64,000 nt of DNA from an uncultured Acidobacteriota bacterium (GCA_963809485.1 CAWEJX010000008.1:384001-448000); one strand, 5' to 3'; shown: positions 40,301 to 50,415, counted from the stretch's first letter. Made by a program: numbers and translations. The notes: generated by a model not told the origin, from the letters alone.

Positions 40301-40917
40301 TGTTGCGCCATTGACGTGCTGTTCAGCAGGATTCCGTTGGCCGCATCCTGGCCTTCTACGCGAATGGACTGAGAGTTGTTGGGAGCTCCATTAACCCGCA
40401 CATATCCTCTGTTCATATATGCCGAACCCGGTATCAACTGCGTCGCGGCATAGGGATCGCGAATTGTCGGCTGGAATCCCAATACTGGAAGAGCGTCTAT
40501 TTTCTCCGTTGTAACAACGTGACTCAAATCGCCGCTTTCTGTCTTCAGCAGCGGAGCGTCGGCATTGACGACGACGGTTTCGGCAATATTACCCACATCG
40601 AGCTTGATGTCGATGCGCAAGGTCTGCGCTACCAACACCGTAATGCCTGTCTGTAAGAATTGTCTGAATCCGGGCACCGAGGCAGATAGCTGGTATTTGC
40701 CTGAAGGCAACTGGGCTATCGTGTAATTGCCCGTTGTCGTGCTCACCGCCTGATACACGGCACCGGTATTGAGGTTTTTAGCTTCAATCGGTGCTTTGGG
40801 GATAATGGCGCCCGCCGAATCGGTGACGGCACCGGTGATCGTACCACGGTCGCTCTGGGCAAATACCGCCCCAGCGGCCAGAAGCACACAACAAACCGCT
40901 GAAATGATGAATCGCAT
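37304..40917 (-). CDS. TonB-dependent receptor, paralogue of 4693..8352 (frameshift in G7 tract at 38020-38026)
   Basis: Collinear similarity to the first receptor; adding one G joins KELTMG to GEDFINTGLAAVNDVFDRKVNKY and the C-terminal Phe. Confidence 0.88.
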
Positions 40918-41387
40918 GAGACATTCCTCCTCGATAGTTGGTTGGCCACAACCGCCACGACCCGGAAACTCCGGAATGAGAAATCTCAAGCACGCATGTC
41001 ATCAACAACAAACCTGTTTCATCCTGTTTATTGCGCGGCCGCGCGGCTCCCAATTTGTCGAGTAGAACCTTGAAATGACTTCTGAATTTACTGGGCTGCG
41101 CTGGCGAGTCTTGCCTCTTGGCCGCTACGGGATCAGACTAACTATGCCATCAATCGCGTATTTGATTTCAGTATACGAGTGGCCCTCGGGGCACACAAGA
41201 GGAAAGTTGCGTCAGAAGCATCCGGCAATTTCAGGGGGCAGACTCAATAGGAGCTGCCGGTATCGTCGGCGCCTCGCCGGCTATTTGCAGTGTGGCTGAC
41301 TTTTTTGAGGATCTAAAGGCTGGTTCGCACGCCCGGATGGTCTGGAATACGAGAAGAAATTGAGACTCGACCTCGGCCTGCGGCACT

Positions 41388-43190
41388 TCAGTTCCTGGTA
41401 AACTCGACATCTGTCTGAGCGGTGGTCGATTGAGAGGTCCCAGTTTCAGAAACTTCAATCAAAAGCTTGTACTTGCCCGGCGCCACGTCGCGAAAAGGAA
41501 TATCGACCGCGACCGTGGCTTCCGAATTCCCGGTCTGTGAAATGCGCCCCTCCAACGGAATGGTGGCTAGCATCAACTCTTCGCCATTCGCGCCGAGCAA
41601 CCTGGCTCTCGCCTCCAGTTTCCAGGTGCCGGAGCCGGTGGGAAGATTGTAGATCTTCAATAAGACGGTCATCGGGAGATTCACCGGCAATTTGTTTTCA
41701 ATGCTGGGCGAAATTTGCATCCCGGAATAAACAAAAGGATCGCTGTCATCCAGCAGTTTCGAATGCAGAGTTCGAATCAAATCAGGAAGTGGCGATAGCT
41801 TATCGACAATCACCAGGCTGCTCGCTGCCAGACCATTCTCAGTGAGGGCAGGCAAAACCAGAGACTGCTCCATCGACCCCACATGACCCTCCTCGTCCGA
41901 CACAGCCAGCTTCAGACGGTACTTCCCAGGGCGCAGCCTGAACTGGTTCTGATAGGCCAAATTTGTCTTGCGGAATTCCGACTCCTGCTCTTTCGCGAAA
42001 GTCAGATTCAGAGGCTCACTAAAACGGGCGGCAACGGTACCATCTTCGCCATATGCGGCACCCATGATGTTCAGGACGCAGCGGTATTGCTCTTGAGTTT
42101 TTCTGAGCTTCAGTTTTTCCGTACGGATTTTTGTCGAGATTATCACCTTTGCCGACTTGGGCGAGACATAAAAGTAACTGGCGCGAAATGTTATTGGGAT
42201 CTCTCCGTTTGAAACATTGGAACTCATGGCATTCAGGAGAGATTTTTCCTGCCGGGAATTTGCCAGACTGTCGAGCGGGCGCCGGTCCCTATAAAAGTTT
42301 TGGTAGCGCAGCCTGACATTCCTCACATCTGTCTTGACCTCTAGTTTGTGATAGGCTCCGTCCCGTTTCGGATTGCCGGATTGAAAGCCCAGCACATAAT
42401 AGTGGCCCAGCTGTTTGACCCATTTCCCAAGCTCCCGTTCAAAATCGTGTCGGGGCTCGGCAAAATAAAACCAAATATTGTCCCTGATCCATGCATTTGT
42501 GCCACCAGTGTAACCAGTGTAAACGAGGACACATTTCTGACCTCTGAGGTGTCCTAGCGTGGATGCCAATTTGTCCAGACTGGCCCCGATTCTAGGGGTG
42601 GAAAGCCTCCGTGGCATCTCCGGCAAAGCGTTTTTCTCCGGCAAAGCGTTTTCCGGGGCGTTCAATCGCCCCGACGGCCACCCTGCAGGATTTTCATACA
42701 TAGGATTGGTATTGGCTACCGAAACTGCCGACTGGCCGGCTGCGGCCATAACCTTTTCCCGATCGTTGGTGAAATTCTGAAGAACTCTTGAAGCGGACAT
42801 GCCAAAAGAAGCCACAGCGAACTGATCCTGCACGCCCATGTGCTCCTTTACGAACTTTACAGCTGAGTCGCGCGCTGGCTTGATCTCATAGGAAAGCAGC
42901 CCACCGTCATCAAAAATGATCAGCACGGTTTTCGCCTGAGCTGTACCGTCGGCAGTATCGGACACCTCCTCGAAATTCGAGATCTCCTGTTCTTTGCCAT
43001 CCTCATAGAGCCGGAAGTTGTCCTTCGCAAGATTTCGAATCGGATTGCCTGCCCGGTCGACTACAGTAACTTCAGTTGTTACGAGTTCAACGTCAACACG
43101 CAGTTGGACCGAGCTCCCGGATTGAGCGGCCCAGGAATGAGCGGAGGGAAAAAGTAGTCCGAAAAAGCACAAAACCTGGAAATTGCGCAT
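41388..43190 (-). CDS. Acidobacterial VWA-domain protein
   Basis: RVDVELV..V.VVDR.GNPI..L.K.NF.LYEDGK.Q.I; YYVLGF; PGKY.L. Confidence 0.85.
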   Translation of the reverse strand: MRNFQVLCFFGLLFPSAHSWAAQSGSSVQLRVDVELVTTEVTVVDRAGNPIRNLAKDNFRLYEDGKEQEISNFEEVSDTADGTAQAKTVLIIFDDGGLLSYEIKPARDSAVKFVKEHMGVQDQFAVASFGMSASRVLQNFTNDREKVMAAAGQSAVSVANTNPMYENPAGWPSGRLNAPENALPEKNALPEMPRRLSTPRIGASLDKLASTLGHLRGQKCVLVYTGYTGGTNAWIRDNIWFYFAEPRHDFERELGKWVKQLGHYYVLGFQSGNPKRDGAYHKLEVKTDVRNVRLRYQNFYRDRRPLDSLANSRQEKSLLNAMSSNVSNGEIPITFRASYFYVSPKSAKVIISTKIRTEKLKLRKTQEQYRCVLNIMGAAYGEDGTVAARFSEPLNLTFAKEQESEFRKTNLAYQNQFRLRPGKYRLKLAVSDEEGHVGSMEQSLVLPALTENGLAASSLVIVDKLSPLPDLIRTLHSKLLDDSDPFVYSGMQISPSIENKLPVNLPMTVLLKIYNLPTGSGTWKLEARARLLGANGEELMLATIPLEGRISQTGNSEATVAVDIPFRDVAPGKYKLLIEVSETGTSQSTTAQTDVEFTRN

Positions 43191-43206
43191 AGGACCTCTC
43201 TGCGGG

Positions 43207-44811
43207 CTATGGGACTTCAATCATCCTGGTAAGAGAACCCATCCTGCCTTGGACTCCTTCACGCACCACGGTTTTGATTCTGTATCGGCCGAATGTAAGT
43301 TTGAATGTGACTTTTGTCCTCAACCCATCACTGCGAAGATTCTGATAGCTCTCGTCCGATAATCTGAAATCAATGGATTTCTCCAGCCCGTCGATATAGT
43401 GGCCATTCTCATCGAAAGCGACCACGACCAGATTGATCACATTCCTGTGCCTGGAATCCTCGTTTAGGAAGTGCAGATGGCGGATGTCCGCAGTCGCCAG
43501 AAACGACACATCGTAGTGGGAGTCGTCATCCGGATCACAGTTGTACCCGAGCGCGATCGGGATTTCGTTAAAATTGCCGGGCGTCTGAATTGCTTCCAGA
43601 ATATCTTCCCTTTTCCTGCGCTGAAACGTCAGTTCCTCCTTCGGAGTGAAATAGCCGTTTCGATACGTCAGTTTCAAACCCGGGCGTGAGACCTCGAGCT
43701 TTATATGATGATACCGGTCGTCTGGTTTATGAAGAGCAGTCGCGTAGGTCAGGTAATAGACAGCTTTTGGGATAGCAACCTTCTGTAATCCTCGATGCAG
43801 ATCGTTATCATTATGATAAAAAATCCCGCCTGTCTCGTCAGCCAGCCTGCTCAAAGGCGCAGCTTTCGCATCCGCGCGATCAACGGCTGCACGCAGTGCA
43901 TTTGCCTCCCCTTCTGCAGGATGATCCTTTAGAAGAGTCAGTCCTGATAATGACTGTATTTCGGGAGGTATGAAATACGGGTTATAAAGGCCGCGTGCGT
44001 CGATCGTGTTCAAGACTACTCCCGCTCGCAGTGCTTGGTCGATAACCTCCTGAAGTTCTTGGCGCATCATACCGTCGGGATCCTCCAAATAACCGGCGGA
44101 GAAAAATACGACGTCCTTTGCCGCTTCAAAATGCTTTAGGGATCGAATGTGCCGATCTAATACTTTAAATAGTAAACTGCTCCGGTAATTGTTTTCCTCA
44201 TTTTGCTGAAGGGTCTCCTGAACAGCAGCACTGTCCGGCGTCCCGCTAGAGTTTAAGGTTCCGAGAAGAGCGCGGGTTTGCTCCAGAAGAACCTGTTTAT
44301 CATTTGAAAATGGGTACCGAACACGCCCGGACACTGAAATTATCTCGATCTGATCCTCAGGCCCCATGTCTGTCTCGATGAATTTGGCTATGGCATTTGT
44401 CACACTGAGGAAATGATCATCCGGGATTGAGAGAACATCGTCGATGTATATGGAAATCATGTGCGGACGCCGATTGTTCGTGTCTGGCGACTCCGAACCC
44501 CTGGAGACAGGATTCGAAGGCGTCGCCGAACTTGATAGGACCGGCGCGTAGCATTCCAGAGAGAACGTCTGGATAGCTTGCTGTTTCCCGTCCTCAAAAA
44601 TCTTGAAATCGCGCTGCGTGAGGTCGGTTACCGGATTGCCGTCTTTGTCCGTGACAACGGCGGAAACAACGACGATGTCAACCGGGAGTTTGAATGTGAG
44701 CTCATCCTTGTCCGCAGGCTGTTGCGTGGAGTTAGTACTTTGCGCCCACAGAGAGTGGCATGGGAATAGGAATATAATCAGCGGGATAATCCAAGCTCGA
44801 TTATATTTCAT
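43207..44811 (-). CDS. Acidobacterial VWA-domain protein
   Basis: VVTDKDGNPVTDL..DF.IFEDGKQQ; TIDARGL; LADETGG; YRNGYF. Confidence 0.88.
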   Translation of the reverse strand: MKYNRAWIIPLIIFLFPCHSLWAQSTNSTQQPADKDELTFKLPVDIVVVSAVVTDKDGNPVTDLTQRDFKIFEDGKQQAIQTFSLECYAPVLSSSATPSNPVSRGSESPDTNNRRPHMISIYIDDVLSIPDDHFLSVTNAIAKFIETDMGPEDQIEIISVSGRVRYPFSNDKQVLLEQTRALLGTLNSSGTPDSAAVQETLQQNEENNYRSSLLFKVLDRHIRSLKHFEAAKDVVFFSAGYLEDPDGMMRQELQEVIDQALRAGVVLNTIDARGLYNPYFIPPEIQSLSGLTLLKDHPAEGEANALRAAVDRADAKAAPLSRLADETGGIFYHNDNDLHRGLQKVAIPKAVYYLTYATALHKPDDRYHHIKLEVSRPGLKLTYRNGYFTPKEELTFQRRKREDILEAIQTPGNFNEIPIALGYNCDPDDDSHYDVSFLATADIRHLHFLNEDSRHRNVINLVVVAFDENGHYIDGLEKSIDFRLSDESYQNLRSDGLRTKVTFKLTFGRYRIKTVVREGVQGRMGSLTRMIEVP

Positions 44812-44880
44812 TGTAAGTGCTCGTTGTTTCTATTATACATTAAAAAGTACTTATTCAAGTAGTAGACAATCTCAAAAATC

Positions 44881-44933
44881 TAATTGTTCGGGTAAACCGC
44901 CGCCTCTGGCGGCGAGACTCGAAAAGGCTCTGC
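44881..44933 (-). mobile_element. Short hairpin element resembling an IS200/IS605 end (copy B2)
   Basis: Minus strand GCAGAGCCTTTTCGAGTCTCGCCGCCAGAGGCGGCGGTTTACCCGAACAATTA. Confidence 0.5.
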
Positions 44934-45146
44934 AATGCGGGATGCGTCGCATAGGGACGCTATGAATTTTGTGTGTCTAAATATTTTATCCGCCTCGGAC
45001 GCCAGCGCACGGCTGCCGTTAATTGTCTTCATTCACGGAGTCGGGAATACGCGCGGCGCCGCCTCGGAAAATCAGTATGACGGGGCTACCTGGTGCTCTG
45101 GCCGTACGGCTCTGGAGAGCCGGCGCCACAAAACCGCACCGACGGA

Positions 45147-46371
45147 TCATTTGAACAACAGGGGGGCCATGTCGGCCAGCGAGTATCGCCAGACCCTCCA
45201 CTCATGGTCGCCCGGGAAGCCCTTGAACACAAGGTTGATGCCTTTGCTGCGCAAATTCCCGGCCATCTTCTGCTGGAACGGCATCCGCGGGTCTTCCGTG
45301 CCGCAGGCGAAATATAGGACCTTGAGCTTCCTGTTTGTGGCTGCCGGATCCTTGAGGAAACCCGGAGAGACCTTCTCGAATGTCGAACTCAGGATAGGCG
45401 CCTGCCGCGACTCCTCCGAAGATGCCCGCACTGAACTCTCCGACATTGGCGAACATGTCCAGCCGCTTCAACCCGACATTGATCGCAATGCCGCCTCCCA
45501 TCGAGAGACCGGTGATCGCGCGGTTCTCCCTTCCGGGCAGCGTACGATAGGCCTTCTCGACAAACGGGATGATGTCACCAACGATCTCCTGCTCGGCCCT
45601 GTCATAATTTATTCCGCCGGCGGGCGGGAGCCCGCCCGCCCCGGGGACGGCCGTGCTGGCGCGCACGCCGCCGAAATCCAGCGCGGCAATGTCATTCCAG
45701 TTTGCATTCGGCATGATGATGATCATCGGCTTCGCCCTGCGTTGTGCGATCAGGTTGTCCAGGATCACATTCGCGGCGCCCATCTCCCGCCACTGATCTT
45801 CATCGCTGCTGCCGCCGTGGATCAGGTACAACACCGGGTATCTGGCGGCAGATGTTTCGTACCCTGGGGGCAGGTAGACCGCCATGCGCCTGTCGGTTTT
45901 CAGTCCGGTGGAGGCATACCACACGTCTGCGACTGTGCCGTGCGGAACCCTGGACACTTTAATGAACTCGGATTCGGGGCCGGAAACCAGAAGCAGGTTC
46001 TGGTAACGAGTAATGTCCCTGGCTACCTGGCTGTTGAGCGGGTCGAGCGCCGTGACGCCGTCCACTGTAAAGGTGTACACCCAGCTCTCCGGCTTAAGCG
46101 GCTCCGTCGTGACGCTCCAATTTCCCGATGCGTCCTTAATCATCTTCATGCCGCGCCCGCCGGGCCAATTCCCGTTTAGAAGGACCTCGCCGGCATTCGG
46201 TGCGTGCAACCGGAAAGTAACCCGGCCGTCGGGAGCTATTTCGACCGAACGCATCCCGGCTTCCTGACCTCCTCTTCCGCCACGCTTGGCCTGCAGCGCC
46301 CCGGTTGGCGGTTGGGCTATGGCACTCGCCGTAAAAACGGCAAACCACAGTATCGTCTGAGCCAGTTTCAT
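45147..46371 (-). CDS. Secreted CE1-type esterase with CBM48-like N-domain (+1 frameshift near 45379)
   Basis: VTFRLHAPNA, YLPPGY, YPVLYLIHG, GLSMGG; C-terminus with CGTED and GDHEWRVWR in shifted frame. Confidence 0.85.
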
Positions 46372-46635
46372 AGGAACCTCCACTGCCGCGAAACATCGAG
46401 CCTCGTCGCGCGCATTCCTTCCATTTCGCATGAATTCCTTTGACAGATCAGCAGCAAATCAAATACTGCAGGCCAAAAGAAGTTGGATAAACAAATAAAT
46501 AGCATATTATTCGTCGTGTAGTGAAGACCTATGCGTTTGCAGTCATGTGCCTTTCATCGACAATGGCTGCATGTTCTTGCGAATGATCGCGCGCAATTCT
46601 GCGAACTCGCCCAAGCCCCGCATCCGCGAACCGAA

Positions 46636-46692
46636 GTCAGGCACCTCCGGCAAAGCCGGAGGCTTGAAAGATTTGAACCGCTCAAAGCGGTT
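46636..46692 (-). mobile_element. Double hairpin resembling an IS200-type right end
   Basis: CCTCCGGCAAAGCCGGAGG and AACCGCTCAAAGCGGTT; no transposase. Confidence 0.5.
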
Positions 46693-46730
46693 GGAGGAGT
46701 TATGCCGGTCTTGAACGCCGACTTACGCGG

Positions 46731-46909
46731 GCAAAAGCCGATGAGGCGCTTCCGATCCCCGCTGGGGCCAGCGCTCCGCGCTGGACAGTTTTCTGCGGCG
46801 GCACTGTGGAAAGCGCCGTGCGGCAAGCAGATGAAGGGTATGAGAAACCGGGCGTTTGCCACAGTGCCGCCGCAGAAAACTCCATCGGAAGCGCCTCATC
46901 GGCTTTTGC
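46731..46909. repeat. Nested inverted-repeat element (26-bp and 23-bp perfect arms)
   Basis: 46731-46756/46884-46909 and 46787-46809/46859-46881 are exact reverse complements. Confidence 0.85.
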
Positions 46910-46978
46910 TCGCCGACCCTCGCCGAACAAATCGGCGTTTGTCAGCGCTTTTATCAGCGTTTCTCAGCGTTTCAAAAT

Positions 46979-47037
46979 ACGGAGCGGTCAAACTCCTTGA
47001 GTCCCCCGGCAGAGCCGGGGGTTTACCAATGTAATTA
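46979..47037 (+). mobile_element. Short hairpin element resembling an IS200/IS605 end (copy A2)
   Basis: 54/59 identical to 8548..8606. Confidence 0.6.
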
Positions 47038-47958
47038 GTGGGATTTCTTTGCCTGCGGCTTATCAAGTATGTAATTGGCTTCGACTGAAAACAGCCGGAA
47101 ATCGGAATATTTGTGCTGGTTTTTGCACATAAAAGCCGGGAAGCTCCATGTGATTGTTACTTCTTTGGGCAGCCAGAACGACTGCGACATCTTTTCAAAG
47201 TGCGTTTCTTGATAGTAAATATCGGTGGTTTGGTTCATTAAGGCGCTGTTGGGAACGAGCATATGGGTTTTCATGCGGGTAATCTGGCGACTTTCCGAAT
47301 CCAGCCACACGAATCCCTGCACCAGATGCACCAGAAACTGCATCTCGGCGCCGGAAACTTTATTAACAAAACCGGTCAGATAGTCTCCCGCTTCCGGTTT
47401 CTGAGCAAAGGCCAATACATAGGCGCCTTTTTTGTCGCGTCCGAGACAACGGAAAACAGAGCCCTTCTGATGATCAGGGTGAAGGTAGACGCACGTGTAG
47501 GCATATCCTTTGCTGATGCAAAACCTCGGATCGTTTTGGACAGGACGGCCGTTCTTGTCCACCCGGTCCTCTGTCCAGGGAAATCCCGCCTGGCGGGGCA
47601 ATATGAGATAGTAAAACTCTCGATGCGATTCCTTGGTCGAAGCTGATTTTTTCCGAGCGGTGATTCGACAATGCACCTTTTCTTTACATGAGATATTAGC
47701 CAAATTGCGAAAGAAAATTTCAATGTTTTCGCCGGCATTCTTCAAAAGCAAATCGAGGCTTCCCTGATCCGCGTTGAATCGTAGAGTTGAAAGCTCCGAA
47801 TAGCGTCGCTTCAGTTCCTCGGCGGTCATTTCAACTACTGTTTTAGAGGTTTTGGGTTGGATGCTTTCAATCGTAACGAGCTGAGATGCGCCCGTATTCA
47901 TCATCCATGCGCCCCATAGACATCCGGACATGAGAAATCGGATAGCTCCGCTTTTCAT
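47035..47958 (-). CDS. Exported hypothetical protein (type often found beside Acidobacterial VWA genes)
   Basis: RBS GGAAGGA; QG.VWLD.ES.QI.R; FWLP.EV; N.H.YSDFRLF.V. Confidence 0.7.
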   Translation of the reverse strand: MKSGAIRFLMSGCLWGAWMMNTGASQLVTIESIQPKTSKTVVEMTAEELKRRYSELSTLRFNADQGSLDLLLKNAGENIEIFFRNLANISCKEKVHCRITARKKSASTKESHREFYYLILPRQAGFPWTEDRVDKNGRPVQNDPRFCISKGYAYTCVYLHPDHQKGSVFRCLGRDKKGAYVLAFAQKPEAGDYLTGFVNKVSGAEMQFLVHLVQGFVWLDSESRQITRMKTHMLVPNSALMNQTTDIYYQETHFEKMSQSFWLPKEVTITWSFPAFMCKNQHKYSDFRLFSVEANYILDKPQAKKSH

Positions 47959-48001
47959 ACCCGCATCCTTCCCCGGATTGCTCTCAGATTCATAGAAAAT
48001 A

Positions 48002-48283
48002 TTATTCCTCTGAGTTCTCTTCATCCTCCGTCGCAGGTTCAGGGGGGCGATCCTGAACGGTGAAATCGATGGCTTGAACAGCGGCGCGCCTGTTTTTATC
48101 AGGCTTCCTGTCCCGTATCACGAACTGCATTACATAATCTCCGGGCGCCATATCTTCATCAAGGGTCAGCCTTTTCACTATCGGGACCATGCCGAAATCA
48201 TCCGCCGGCGGAATGGGGACGGCCTCGATTTCGCTTCGAAAGCACTCCTGCGCGTCCTTCAGCAAAGGTATCTGCGATTCTAA
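48002..48283 (-). pseudogene. C-terminal remnant of a VWA-family protein
   Basis: PGDYVMQFVIRD..AVQAIDFTV resembles VWA C-termini; 5' part missing. Confidence 0.55.
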
Positions 48284-48291
48284 TTGAGAGC

Positions 48292-48305
48292 GATAGGAAG
48301 TTCAA
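48292..48305 (-). mobile_element. IS91/ISCR oriIS-like motif
   Basis: Minus strand TTGAACTTCCTATC at the truncation point of the VWA remnant. Confidence 0.4.
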
Positions 48306-48379
48306 TCTCCCGCTCCGGCCACGGCATAAAAGCCTTCTGGAAGGATAGGGAAAAATTGCTTGGGGGATCAGCCTCTCGG

Positions 48380-48625
48380 TCAGATATCGACATCCTCGAT
48401 GCGGATGCCGCGCCCGGCCTTGAGACTGGATCGCGCTGCCTCAATTCGGGCAAGAAATCCGGGATCATGCTCCAGCCGGTAGTCGAACCAGTCGTCTTCA
48501 GACTCGAAACCGATCAGAATTCCGGCCGGCCGGCCATGCCTCGTGATCACGACCTCCTCCTTTTCCGCAATTCGCAGAAACTTTGAGAGATCGTCTTTAA
48601 CTACAGAAAGTGCAGCCTTCTTCAT
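48380..48625 (-). CDS. Phd/YefM family antitoxin
   Basis: K..LS..L..AE.EEVVITRHGRPAG.L. Confidence 0.88.
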   Translation of the reverse strand: MKKAALSVVKDDLSKFLRIAEKEEVVITRHGRPAGILIGFESEDDWFDYRLEHDPGFLARIEAARSSLKAGRGIRIEDVDI

Positions 48626-48915
48626 AAGGGTTCACCCGCCTGCTTCAACCACGCTTCGGCCCGGGATTTCGCGATGATGGCGAGCACCTCGACTGAGGAA
48701 CGCGTGACGTCATAGTAAACGCGTATTTCGCCGACGCGAAGGCGATACTGCGGTCTGGAAAATCCGCGGAGACGCTTGATGCGGCTCCGGCCGGTTTTCA
48801 TGGGCCCATGACGCAAATGCCTTTCGATGGCATCCTTGACCTCCGCCCGATAGTGGGCGTCAAGATGCTTCAGGTCATCGGCCGCCTCGGGAGCGAAAAT
48901 TATCGCATATCGCAT
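48622..48915 (-). CDS. RelE/ParE family toxin
   Basis: IKRLRG..PQYRLRVGEIRVYY; 4-bp overlap with antitoxin. Confidence 0.88.
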   Translation of the reverse strand: MRYAIIFAPEAADDLKHLDAHYRAEVKDAIERHLRHGPMKTGRSRIKRLRGFSRPQYRLRVGEIRVYYDVTRSSVEVLAIIAKSRAEAWLKQAGEPL

Positions 48916-48954
48916 TCTGGCCAGATTATAGCCATATTTTATCGGCAGATCAAG

Positions 48955-49172
48955 CAATCAAAAAGGCCTGGTCGGATCGTTGCTCACCTGTCGGGGGCGG
49001 AAAGGGCCAACCGCATACAAAAAGTCGCGGTGGAGAAATCCAGATTAGGCATTCCCCTCATTTTCGGACTGGACGTGATTCACGGCTTCCGGACCATCTT
49101 CCCCATCTCCCTGGCGGAAGCCGCCAGCTGGGACCCGGAGCTGGTGGAAAAGTCGGCCCACATCGCCGCGGA
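48955..49172 (+). pseudogene. Internal fragment of a GH3 beta-glucosidase (BglX-like)
   Basis: SRLGIPLIFGLDVIHGFRTIFPISLAEAASWDP; both ends missing. Confidence 0.8.
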
Positions 49173-49381
49173 GTGGTCCGCGCAATTGCTCGTCTCCGCG
49201 GATGAACGTCCGTGCGCTGCCGCCAGCCATTATGGACTGAATGTGGAGGCATTGCCTGCCGGTTAGAAGGTTCCGGCGGCGAGACCGTTTTTATCTCATC
49301 GCGAACAGCCTGCTTCTCCCGCGCCCCGCCTCAAAAACTGAATTGTTCCTGAAATCTCCGGTTTGTTGACGGCAGTACCTG

Positions 49382-49409
49382 TTGACAACGAATTCACTTT
49401 ATGTATAAC
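49382..49409 (+). promoter_or_regulatory. Sigma70-like promoter of the AbrB-PIN operon
   Basis: TTGACA-16 bp-TATAAC. Confidence 0.6.
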
Positions 49410-49435
49410 TATTATTAAAAAGGGAGAATTATAGA

Positions 49436-49684
49436 ATGGCTGTTCTACAAATGTCTCAAAAGGGACAAATTCTCATTCCGAGGAAACTTCGTGAGAGGGC
49501 AGGCCTCAAGCCCGGAGCTCTGGTGCAGGTGATCGAGGAACCGAACCGGCTCGTTCTCAAGGCGGTGCCTTCCGACCCGATTGCGGCGGCCACGGGATTT
49601 CTGGGAATAAAATCATCTCTGACGCGAGACCTGTTGCGGGAACACAGGGAGGAAGCCCGGCGTGAACGAAAGAATCGTTCTTGA
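49436..49684 (+). CDS. AbrB/MazE/SpoVT family antitoxin
   Basis: SQKGQILIP..LRE..GLKPG. Confidence 0.88.
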   Translation: MAVLQMSQKGQILIPRKLRERAGLKPGALVQVIEEPNRLVLKAVPSDPIAAATGFLGIKSSLTRDLLREHREEARRERKNRS

Positions 49685-50066
49685 TAGTTTTGCGTTGATC
49701 AGCCTTTTCAACAAAGAACCGGGCTGGCCGATAGTCCAGGAGTGCCTTTACGAGCTTCAAGCAAAGGGCGGCAGAGCCCTGCTCTGCTGGATCAATTGGG
49801 GCGAGGTTTATTACGTGATCGCGCGCAGGGCGGGGCGGGCCAAAGCCGTGGAGACGATGCATCTGCTCGAGCAGCTTCCTGTCGAACTTGAGAACGTGGA
49901 CCCGGAACTGGTACGGAGCGCGGCGGAGGTTAAATGCGATTATGCCGTATCCTACGCCGACGCGTTTTGCGTGGCCACAGCTTTGCGCCACCAGGGAGTC
50001 ATTTTGACGAGCGATCCTGAATTTGCCGCGGTCTCCGAACGGGTCCAGATCCGCTGGCTGCGTTAG
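49662..50066 (+). CDS. vapC: PIN-domain VapC family toxin
   Basis: VLDS, INWGEV, SYADAF, ILTSDPEF. Confidence 0.88.
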   Translation: MNERIVLDSFALISLFNKEPGWPIVQECLYELQAKGGRALLCWINWGEVYYVIARRAGRAKAVETMHLLEQLPVELENVDPELVRSAAEVKCDYAVSYADAFCVATALRHQGVILTSDPEFAAVSERVQIRWLR

Positions 50067-50091
50067 TGCCCAGTTTCCCGCCACCCAGAAG

Positions 50092-50168
50092 GGGGACAGT
50101 CACCAGTGTCCCCACCCTATACGGCTGGGGAAGGAGCCTCATTGGTGGGGACACTGGTGACTGTCCCC
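50092..50168. repeat. REP-like doublet (25-bp perfect inverted arms)
   Basis: GGGGACAGTCACCAGTGTCCCCACC ... GGTGGGGACACTGGTGACTGTCCCC. Confidence 0.8.
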
Positions 50169-50370
50169 TTTTTTGCACTTCCACTGGCATAGCTTCATGC
50201 GCTCTTTCAGCTGCCGCCGGAAGGAGGCTGTAAATGCCTTGGAAAGGGCTCTGGACGCCTAATGGACTCTATCGGACTTTGTCTCGGATGGGGTTGGCTG
50301 TAAGTTATAGGATTCAGCTCGCCTTCGCTAAAGCTACGGCGAGCAAGCCAGCCGAAGCCATGGCGGAGGC

Positions 50371-50415
50371 TGGAGCGGGAGACGGGGATCGAACCCGCGA
50401 CGTCCAGCTTGGGAA
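50371..50415 (-). tRNA. 3' half of tRNA-Gly(CCC), not a complete gene; probable att site
   Basis: TTCCCAAGCTGGACGTCGCGGGTTCGATCCCCGTCTCCCGCTCCA; D-arm and 5' acceptor strand absent. Confidence 0.85.

Noticed and set aside
44935-46179. Long antisense ORFs (also 9263..10240, 20078..21094, 38455..39396, 58004..58972, 60871..61983)
   Set aside because: Shadows of well-supported opposite-strand genes in GC-rich DNA
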